Under the pieces are notes generated by a model, which was given only the letters and a program-made list of their open reading frames with translations, was not told the DNA's origin and made no database searches. Source: a virus. From it: a stretch of DNA of 42,595 nucleotides. The stretch is taken from IMG/VR virus record IMGVR_UViG_3300045988_182590; one strand, written 5' to 3'. Numbering within the stretch: position 1 is the first letter of the stretch; every line of letters starts with the position of its first letter. Positions 7,909-14,487 of the stretch are shown one piece after another. The translations under genes and the position numbers were made by a program.

Positions 7909-7909
7909 C

Positions 7910-8068
7910 AACGACGGAATCGACGTTCGTATAACGGAAACGGATGTCGCCGTTATGATGACACTTTTTAAAATTGCCCGCTTGCAGGGAAATCCGAAGC
8001 ACGAGGATTCGTGGGTTGATGCGGTGGGATACTTGGCTTGCGGATGCGAAAGAGAAACGGAAAAATAA
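7910..8068 (+). pseudogene. C-terminal half of the DUF6378-like gene (no start codon)
   Basis: NDGIDVRITETDVAVMMTLFKIARLQGNPKHEDSWVDAVGYLACGCERETEK-stop. Same strand and codon phase as 5453..5584. Confidence 0.65.
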
Positions 8069-8070
8069 CA

Positions 8071-8256
8071 ATGCTTGATGATGATGTTATCATCTACATT
8101 GAACAAAACGGGGCGTATACGTCCCGTCTAACGTTCAATATGAAGACGATAAGAAAGCTGACAAAACAAGTGCGTAAAGAGGTCATTGAAGACTTGGAAA
8201 GCGCAATAGATTTTATGAAAGGATTTGAAAATGGCAACTCTGATTTCAACTCGTAA
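8071..8256 (+). CDS. Hypothetical protein
   Basis: ATG 8071, 61 aa (MLDDDVIIYIEQNG...). Confidence 0.45.
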   Translation: MLDDDVIIYIEQNGAYTSRLTFNMKTIRKLTKQVRKEVIEDLESAIDFMKGFENGNSDFNS

Positions 8257-8422
8257 TTGTTTCAAATGCAGGGAAATAAAAAGGGTGTTTCCAGACCTCG
8301 ACGTTGTTTACGCTGAAGATATGCCCGCTGAAGAACTTTCAAAGAAAAACATAACACAAGTCCCCGTTTTGCAAACTGCCGACGGACAAACAGGATTGCG
8401 ACAATCAGAAAATCGGTGTTGA
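8231..8422 (+). CDS. Glutaredoxin/NrdH-like thioredoxin-fold protein with a chimeric, non-native C-terminus
   Basis: CFKC redox motif and ..ITQVPVLQTADG. The last 11 residues are an out-of-frame reading of invertase codons. Confidence 0.6.
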   Translation: MATLISTRNCFKCREIKRVFPDLDVVYAEDMPAEELSKKNITQVPVLQTADGQTGLRQSENRC

Positions 8423-8426
8423 AGCT

Positions 8427-9269
8427 TTGGCAAAACGTCGCGGGCTTGTTGTTGATAAATGGATTGAAGACGACGGCGTGTCAGGGACGAAAGAACCCGA
8501 AAAGCGCGCGCTCGGCGGTGTTTTGAAAAAACTGAAAAAGGACGACGTGATTCTTTGTTCAGAACTGTCGCGACTCGGTCGTAAATTGTTTATGATTATG
8601 AGAATACTTGAACACGCAATGACAATCGGGGCGCATATTTTCACGGAAAAGGAAAATTACGAACTGGGCGACAACGTGCAGAGTAAAGTTCTTGCTTTCG
8701 CTTTCGGACTGGTCGCCGAATTGGAACGGGAAATGATTAGCAAGCGGACCAAAGAAGCCCTCGCCGCAAAAAAAGCAAGGGGAGAGAAACTCGGTAGAGC
8801 TTTTGGCGCGAAAAACAAAATTCACAAATACGATGGTTTCTCTTTGGAGAAGTTTGAAAAAGATTATCAAAAAACTTTTTCCCTTAAATATTGCTTGGGG
8901 AAACAAAATCTGTCCACCTCGTATTTTTACGGCGGAGGTTTCAACGAAACATTAAGAGCAGAAATAATGGAGATAATCGAGAAACACAAGAAAGATAAAC
9001 CTATTGGCATTTATTGTGTAAATACTAAACATTTTCAGAAAAACGCTCTAAAAGCGTTTGGAACAACAGAAATAAAACCGATTGTTCGACTTTCCGATTT
9101 TAAGGTTTATAAATCGATTCGCTCTCTTTGGTATGATAACTTTTCAAAAGAGCTTAATCCTACTATTTATAATCTAAAAAAACTGGCAGAATGTATACAT
9201 AACGGGGACGAGTTCCACGGAAAATTCTTCGAGTTCAAAGATTTTTATGACGGCGTTTCAATCGGATAA
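8427..9269 (+). CDS. Serine invertase (Hin/Gin/Mpi-like) lacking its first ~10 codons including the catalytic Ser; extra ~100-aa C-terminal domain
   Basis: VSGTKEPEKR..SELSRLGR..QSKVLAFAFGLVAELEREMISKRTKEALAAKKARGEKLGR, then an HTH-like LGKQNLSTSYFY. Homology extends upstream of the TTG start to ..TDKQDCDNQ (from 8382). Confidence 0.75.
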   Translation: MAKRRGLVVDKWIEDDGVSGTKEPEKRALGGVLKKLKKDDVILCSELSRLGRKLFMIMRILEHAMTIGAHIFTEKENYELGDNVQSKVLAFAFGLVAELEREMISKRTKEALAAKKARGEKLGRAFGAKNKIHKYDGFSLEKFEKDYQKTFSLKYCLGKQNLSTSYFYGGGFNETLRAEIMEIIEKHKKDKPIGIYCVNTKHFQKNALKAFGTTEIKPIVRLSDFKVYKSIRSLWYDNFSKELNPTIYNLKKLAECIHNGDEFHGKFFEFKDFYDGVSIG

Positions 9270-9411
9270 AACCACCCGAACGTTGTAAAAATTTTGACGT
9301 CTTTTTGGAATGTTATCACGTCCCACCGGTTTATATTGGTGGGCGTGTATGTTTCAGAACAAATACCAACGGCGGCGATTATTCCCGACGGGCTTTTTAA
9401 ATTAAACAAAA

Positions 9412-9606
9412 TCATTTTTGACACCGCATATACACGACGTTGTTTTTTTCGACCTGTTTAATTGTTTCAGCCGTGTCGTTTTCGTAATCCAAAAAAACAG
9501 GCTGATAGAGTAGGCAAAAACCGCCATACAGACGATTTGAACACCCAGACAACAAAAGCGCACACAAAACAATAAAAAACGATGTACGGGCTTTAAATCG
9601 CTTCAT
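9412..9606 (-). CDS. Small lipoprotein
   Basis: Signal peptide with lipobox LLSGC. Confidence 0.6.
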   Translation of the reverse strand: MKRFKARTSFFIVLCALLLSGCSNRLYGGFCLLYQPVFLDYENDTAETIKQVEKNNVVYMRCQK

Positions 9607-9663
9607 TCAAACACCTCATAAAAAAACGACGACGGAAAACTTGGCAAAACCGTCGCCGTTTAT

Positions 9664-9723
9664 GATTAACGTCTTTGAGTAAGAACGCAAGGAAAAAGGA
9701 AAAAAAACGTTCAGACGTTAATC
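9664..9723. repeat. Perfect 11-bp inverted repeat gattaacgtct / agacgttaatc with a 38-bp spacer
   Basis: Read directly. Confidence 0.9.
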
Positions 9724-9759
9724 GAACTCTTATATATTGCCCTTTTCCCGTCCGTTTTG

Positions 9760-9978
9760 TCAACGGGAAAAACGTTCCTTGACTTCTTTTTGCAAATCGG
9801 TGTCGTTGTTTAAACACTCACGAATCCGCTTTGCTTCTTCAACTGCATCGCTTTCTTTTTCGGCGTGTTTGTTTCCCTCTTGCGCTTGCCCCAGTTTGTA
9901 AGATAAAAACGAAATAACGGCGACAAACACGCCAACGCTGGCAAGAACGCTCAAATCATTCATTGTTTTACCTTTCAT
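9760..9978 (-). CDS. Single-pass membrane protein with a charged helical tail
   Basis: N-terminal TM segment LSVLASVGVFVAVISFL followed by a coiled, charged region. Confidence 0.5.
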   Translation of the reverse strand: MKGKTMNDLSVLASVGVFVAVISFLSYKLGQAQEGNKHAEKESDAVEEAKRIRECLNNDTDLQKEVKERFSR

Positions 9979-10079
9979 AAAAAAACGGGATTTGTTGTGT
10001 CTGGTCTATCCCGCGAAAACCACCGTTCCGTTCGTTCTGTTCCCAAGCCAACGGACGCAACTCGGCGGACATCCGCAAA

Positions 10080-10289
10080 TTATTTTCTGTCGCTTTTTTT
10101 ACCCACGATTTTTAAAGTGCGCGTACCGTTCGGATTGACAACGGAAAAGTAATCCAAGATGTGGATGATTTTTTCAAGAACGCTGTCATCGCGAGTCGTC
10201 GGAGTAATGCGGACAATTACAGTCGCTGCCGTAACAATCGCACCTATCCAGTATATCGCTTGATTCGCATATTCGATAATGTTTTCCAT
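10080..10289 (-). CDS. Small membrane protein
   Basis: TM segment AIYWIGAIVTAATVIV followed by RITPTTRDD. Confidence 0.5.
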   Translation of the reverse strand: MENIIEYANQAIYWIGAIVTAATVIVRITPTTRDDSVLEKIIHILDYFSVVNPNGTRTLKIVGKKSDRK

Positions 10290-10388
10290 AAAGCTTTCCT
10301 TTCATTAAAAATGCTTACGTTTTCAGTTTATCAAAAAAAAGCGGTTTCTGCGATATTTTATTTTTTTGAAAAAAAACAAAAAAAATGC

Positions 10389-10417
10389 TTGCTTAATGTT
10401 TAGGAATTTGGTACAAA
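10389..10417 (+). promoter_or_regulatory. Sigma70-type promoter TTGCTT-17-TACAAA with an extended -10 TG
   Basis: TTGCTTaatgtttaggaatttggTACAAA, about 50 nt upstream of the first gene of the block. Confidence 0.65.
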
Positions 10418-10466
10418 GAAAACAAGGACAGGGCGAATCGGGTGCTCTGAAAAAAGGAAAAGGAAA

Positions 10467-10685
10467 ATGGAAGAAATCGAAATAACGGTTGACGGCGTTT
10501 TGTTGTCAATTAGCTTTGAAACAGAAACGTATTCCCTTGAGCCTTACAGTTGGGGCGTTTCAAGGGGTACGGAAACGGATGTTTACGTTAATTCCGTTTG
10601 TGTCGGCGGTGTTGACATTATGCCGCTGTTGTCTGATGAAAAAATTGAAGAAATCGAGGAAAAAGTAAGGGAGAATCTGGAATGA
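10467..10685 (+). CDS. Hypothetical protein (ISFETET motif, paralogue of 11555..11779)
   Basis: aaaaggaaaaggaaaATG ribosome-binding site; 72 aa. Confidence 0.55.
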   Translation: MEEIEITVDGVLLSISFETETYSLEPYSWGVSRGTETDVYVNSVCVGGVDIMPLLSDEKIEEIEEKVRENLE

Positions 10686-11017
10686 CAGAAGAATTGAAGT
10701 CTTGCCCGTTTTGTGGCGGAAAAGAAGTAAAGCTGTTCAAAGAGGGGAGCATTTAGGTCGTGGAGTGTCTGCAATGCTTGGCGAAAGTCGGCGCGACGGC
10801 AGAAGCTGACGTGCTGGATTTTTGGAACTACCGACCGAAAGAGGAGCAACTCGGCAAACAAATCCGAGAAATGAAGCAGAAAAACGACGCGTTAAAGCGC
10901 GAAATTTTAGAAGAACGTGAAGACAACGCCGACAATATGGAGTATCACGTCGCAGAGCGGGAACGCCTTAAAGCCGAAATTGCACGGTTGCGTAAAGCAT
11001 TGTTTTTTTTATGCTGA
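10682..11017 (+). pseudogene. Lar-like restriction-alleviation zinc-ribbon protein interrupted by an in-frame TAG (10754..10756)
   Basis: MTEELKSCPFCGGKEVKLFKEGSI-TAG-VVECLQCLAKVGATAEADVLDFWNYRPKE follows the Lar pattern CPFCGG...V.C..C.A.....EA...WN.R. Confidence 0.6.
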
Positions 11018-11234
11018 ACTGGACGGCATCGGCATTCAGCACAAATCTTTAGAGTTTGTTGACGGCAGACCCCAGCCTTTTGGAACAATCGCCAGAACAG
11101 CTCTGTTAAACTTTATCGTACCTGACGGAAGCCGTGTTGAATTGTCGAACTTGAAAAAAGCAATGGAAAGAATCGGCGACGGAGAAGGGGAATTTATTTT
11201 CCCTTTGTTGATAAAGAAAGGCGATGAAAAATGA
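11010..11234 (+). CDS. Continuation of the Lar-like/coiled-coil protein in another frame (T8 frameshift at 11003..11010)
   Basis: Removing one T gives ..RLRKALFFYAELDGIGIQHKS..; ALxFYA also occurs in ORF 4195. Confidence 0.45.
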   Translation, partial: YAELDGIGIQHKSLEFVDGRPQPFGTIARTALLNFIVPDGSRVELSNLKKAMERIGDGEGEFIFPLLIKKGDEK

Positions 11235-11570
11235 CGTTTGAAGAAAAATTGAAGCAAAAACTTGCTGTTTTGAAAGAAGTAACCGAAAAACAGAAGCAAA
11301 TCATTGAAATGCTGTGCGAAGAAAACTCTGCTTTATTGCAAAAAAAAGGATGAATTAGAAGCAAGAATCGATATATTTGATAAAAAACTTCTCAACTCCG
11401 TAAAAGAAGATTATGAAAACAAAAAATTAAAAGATGCGCTTCTTAAAATAAAGGACATTATCGAAAGCTCGCAAGATAAAAAATATCTTTCTTACTTTGA
11501 TTTGGATGCAAAAGATGCCGTTTTTATTTTAGACACTATTGAAAATGCCCTGTTATGGAGTCCGAAATGA
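11231..11570 (+). pseudogene. Coiled-coil protein split by an A8 run (11340..11347)
   Basis: ATG 11231 gives MTFEEKLKQKLAVLKEVTEKQKQIIEMLCEENSALLQKKG-stop. With A7 it continues ..LLQKKDELEARIDIFDKK.. (ORF 11304..11570). Confidence 0.5.
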
Positions 11571-11779
11571 GGATAACAATCAGTTTTGAAACAGAAACAG
11601 TCCCAGATTATATTCGGGGCGAAACGAAAGCGGAAGACAGAATTTTAGAAATAAACTTCGACGGGGAAAGGCTCGAATCATATTCCGAGTATATGGACGA
11701 TTATGATAAGAAAGAAGCCGTCGGGTGTATTCGTTCTGTTTTGAATTTATACGAAAAGAAAGAGGAGTTAAAAGGATGA
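11555..11779 (+). CDS. Hypothetical protein (ISFETET motif)
   Basis: 74-aa ORF; shares ITISFETET with 10467..10685. Confidence 0.5.
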   Translation: MESEMRITISFETETVPDYIRGETKAEDRILEINFDGERLESYSEYMDDYDKKEAVGCIRSVLNLYEKKEELKG

Positions 11780-12078
11780 CAAATGAACGTTTCAGATACA
11801 GAATTTACGACGTTGAAAATAAAAGATACGTCGATAATCCCGAAGACTTTGTGCCTTGGGATTTGCCCGACGGGTTTATCGCAGAACAATGTACGGGATT
11901 GACAGACAAAAACGGCGTCCTGATTTTCGAGGGCGATATAATGTTGATACGCAAAGAAAAAATGCGTGTTGATTGGGAAAATGCAATGGCTGGTTTTATT
12001 CTTACAGGGAACGCGAAAGAAGCGCCTGTTTATGAATATAATGTAATCGGCAATATCCACGAAAGCGGGGACAAATGA
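11776..12078 (+). CDS. YopX-family protein
   Basis: RFRYRIYD...TGLTDKNGVLIFEGDI...VIGNIHE; ATGA overlap with the upstream stop. Confidence 0.7.
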   Translation: MTNERFRYRIYDVENKRYVDNPEDFVPWDLPDGFIAEQCTGLTDKNGVLIFEGDIMLIRKEKMRVDWENAMAGFILTGNAKEAPVYEYNVIGNIHESGDK

Positions 12079-12314
12079 CACAAAACGAAAAAATGCGGTT
12101 TTACCGTGAAGCAATGGGTTGGTCGCGCATTAAATATGCCGAAATGTCGGGCTTCAACGAAAATTATGTTTTAATGGTCGAAAAAGGACGGCGCGCGGTT
12201 TCAAAGCCGTATTCCGAAAAAATGGAACGCGTCCTTTTAGAACATCCCGTTGAACTAACGGAGCGTGCCGCCGCTTTGTTGGAAGTTTTGAGACCGACAG
12301 AAAAGGTGTCATAA
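12075..12314 (+). CDS. XRE-type HTH regulator
   Basis: REAMGWSRIKYAEMSGFNENYVLMVEKGRR. Confidence 0.6.
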   Translation: MTQNEKMRFYREAMGWSRIKYAEMSGFNENYVLMVEKGRRAVSKPYSEKMERVLLEHPVELTERAAALLEVLRPTEKVS

Positions 12315-13081
12315 TGACGTTGTATGATTCGGCGAAAAAAGACTTTCTCAAGACGATTGATGCGATTGCGGGGCGACATACGCCCGAACAGGTCTTTACC
12401 GACTTTGTGTCAATGGCGGCGATGAGCATTTCAAACGCCGTCGATTTTAAACAGGAACGGGAAAAGAAGTACCTCGATTTGATTGGGAAGTATGAACCAG
12501 ACGAACAGGCGCGCTTTCCCGAACTGTTGGCAATCACGACAAAAGTCTTTGAAGCACAATTCGGCGATTTTCTTGGTGAATGTTTTGAAGAACTCGGCGC
12601 GTCTAATAGCAAAACGGGGCAGTTCTTCACGCCGTACAGCGTCGCCCGACTTTGCGCCAAGACGTCCTTTGATAAAGCGCGGATTGATTCGGCGATTGCG
12701 GAAAAGGGCTATGTCGGCATAAATGAACCTGCGGCGGGCGGCGGTGCAATGATTGTCGCTTTCTTGGAAACGATGAAAGAAAACGGGTATAACTTTCAGA
12801 CGCAATCGCTGACGGTGGCGCAGGATATTGATTACCGATGCGCCTATATGTGCTATGTGACGCTTTCGCTTTTGGGCGCGCCCGCTATTGTTTGCATAGG
12901 CGACACGTTGACGCTTGATATATGGGACGAATTGCACACACCGTTTTATGTTCTGAATTATCTGAAATTCAAACGGAACGGCAAGAATCCCGTTGCTGAC
13001 GAACCGACGGCGGTGGAAAATAAAACGAAATCTGTTCCCGTTTTCAAATCGGGAAATGACGGACAGTTTTCACTTTTTTGA
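12314..13081 (+). CDS. HsdM-like N6-adenine methylase-fold protein without a canonical NPPF/Y motif
   Basis: GQFFTPYSVARL (motif X), INEPAAGGGAMIV (motif I), ..GDTL.., then HTPFY where (D/N)PP(F/Y) is expected. Confidence 0.55.
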   Translation: MTLYDSAKKDFLKTIDAIAGRHTPEQVFTDFVSMAAMSISNAVDFKQEREKKYLDLIGKYEPDEQARFPELLAITTKVFEAQFGDFLGECFEELGASNSKTGQFFTPYSVARLCAKTSFDKARIDSAIAEKGYVGINEPAAGGGAMIVAFLETMKENGYNFQTQSLTVAQDIDYRCAYMCYVTLSLLGAPAIVCIGDTLTLDIWDELHTPFYVLNYLKFKRNGKNPVADEPTAVENKTKSVPVFKSGNDGQFSLF

Positions 13082-13094
13082 AAAGGAAAAAACA

Positions 13095-13679
13095 ATGGCT
13101 GAATTAACGAAAAAACAGGTTGCCGCTATCAAAGCGGTAGGCAAGGCGTGCGATACGACCAAATACCAGTATCCGCTTGTTAAGTATGTTTTCAGCGACG
13201 GAGCGAAAATTTACGGAACGAACGCGCATATTCTTTTTATGGAACGTGATGTCGGCGCGCCGAAAGGGGTTTACCTTCCTAAATCGGCTGAAAGGATAGA
13301 CCCAAAAATTTTATTCCTTGGTGAAGATTTGGACTATTTCTTAAAAAGACTCCATAGGTGCAAAAAGGAAAGCACCGCCGAATCAGAAACGCGCGCCAAT
13401 TTCTTGCGGGCGAAATATGCCTTTGACTCGGAATACAAAAGGGAACTTTATCAAATCACTTTTTCCAACGACGGGCATTTTCAAAGAGAATTTTTTTTCT
13501 TAAAGAGAACGATAAAACAGGCAATTTCCTTTGTTGGAAAGGGATTTTCGCTCTATCAAAGCGAACTTGAAGAAAGATGCGTTTTTGAAAGCAAGGACGG
13601 AAAACGTATAGCCATTGTTATGGGTTTGTATAAAACCGACGATATTAAGCTTTTGAATGACGTTGACTTGAAAGGATAA
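13095..13679 (+). CDS. Hypothetical protein (weak resemblance to a sliding-clamp N-terminal domain)
   Basis: ATG 13095 after aaaaggaaaaaaca; YGTNAHILF loosely resembles DnaN ATDGHRL. Confidence 0.4.
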   Translation: MAELTKKQVAAIKAVGKACDTTKYQYPLVKYVFSDGAKIYGTNAHILFMERDVGAPKGVYLPKSAERIDPKILFLGEDLDYFLKRLHRCKKESTAESETRANFLRAKYAFDSEYKRELYQITFSNDGHFQREFFFLKRTIKQAISFVGKGFSLYQSELEERCVFESKDGKRIAIVMGLYKTDDIKLLNDVDLKG

Positions 13680-13683
13680 AAAA

Positions 13684-14055
13684 ATGAAAGAAACAACGTA
13701 TGAAATCGACGGCGTGCAGTATGAAGCCGTTGTGTCAGAAAGCTGGACTGTGAAAACAATATGCCGTTGGAATGAAGAAGCGTCCGCGATTTTAGGGGAA
13801 CTTACAAAATTCACTCGGAACGCGGTTCAATCGGCGCGTCAAAGTTCGCCGCTTGGTTTGGCTGACGTTTCTATTTTGGAGCGGTGGGATAAAGAACAGA
13901 TTGCTTTTGCCAACGCTATGGAAAATTTTGTTCGTGAGAATTTCCCGAAAGTGGCAAAACGTCTGTACAAACAAGGCGAGATTCTTTGGAATTTTTTTAT
14001 GAATTGTGCCGTCGCCGCTTTTGACGAATATCAAGACGAACAAGGTATCGGATGA
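13684..14055 (+). CDS. Hypothetical protein
   Basis: 123-aa ORF. Confidence 0.5.
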   Translation: MKETTYEIDGVQYEAVVSESWTVKTICRWNEEASAILGELTKFTRNAVQSARQSSPLGLADVSILERWDKEQIAFANAMENFVRENFPKVAKRLYKQGEILWNFFMNCAVAAFDEYQDEQGIG

Positions 14056-14070
14056 AGAAAGGAAAGAAAA

Positions 14071-14487
14071 ATGAATGACAAGTTAAAATTTCGTGTTTGG
14101 TCGCTTGATGAAAAGCGTTTTTTAGACGGAAACTTTTTCATCAATCAAAACGGTGTTGCTTATGATGATAAAATGAAACCTTTAAAAAACTGTATTATTC
14201 AAAAAAGCACGGGACGTTTCGACAAGAACGGCTATATGATTTACGCAGGTGACGTTCTTTGGGATGATTGGGAAAAGGACTTTATGCGCGTATACTGGGA
14301 CAATGGCGGATACTCGGTCGGGGTTAAAGGCGTTGTGCGGTACGATTTGAGTGAATTGTCGTCGTATGACATCGAAGTGCGTGGGAACGTTTTTGAGGGA
14401 TGGACATCGCCTTATCAAGACGTACCAGTCCGCAATGGGTTTACTCGTTATGAAAACAGAAATGGGGTAATCGATGAAAAATCTTAA
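14071..14487 (+). CDS. YopX-family protein (second copy)
   Basis: KFRVWSLDEKRF...STGRFDKNGYMIYAGDV...VRGNVFE. Confidence 0.6.
   Translation: MNDKLKFRVWSLDEKRFLDGNFFINQNGVAYDDKMKPLKNCIIQKSTGRFDKNGYMIYAGDVLWDDWEKDFMRVYWDNGGYSVGVKGVVRYDLSELSSYDIEVRGNVFEGWTSPYQDVPVRNGFTRYENRNGVIDEKS

Larger units (their letters stand above)
6427..8385. other. 1.96-kb segment inverted relative to the gene-intact arrangement, bounded by inverted CGACGG cores
   Basis: ccgtcg at 6427..6432 and cgacgg at 8380..8385. Flipping repairs two genes in frame. Confidence 0.7.

Noticed and set aside
5585-7909. Group I/II intron or intein interrupting the DUF6378-like gene
   Set aside because: The intervening 2.3 kb holds at least five genes on both strands with their own promoters and terminators. 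The flanks show no intron-like structure, and the N-fragment ends in a stop followed by a ribosome-binding site.
8427-9269. Large serine integrase / lysogeny module
   Set aside because: The protein is too short (about 290 aa repaired) and lacks the recombinase and zinc-ribbon domains of large serine integrases. No tyrosine integrase or attP-like feature was recognised, so the lifestyle is left undetermined.
10754-10756. Genome-wide TAG reassignment (code 15-like recoding)
   Set aside because: The tail-fibre gene ends with TAG (reverse complement of 16931..16933) at exactly the position where its paralogous cassette ends with TAA. No other gene shows an in-frame TAG, and no suppressor tRNA was seen.
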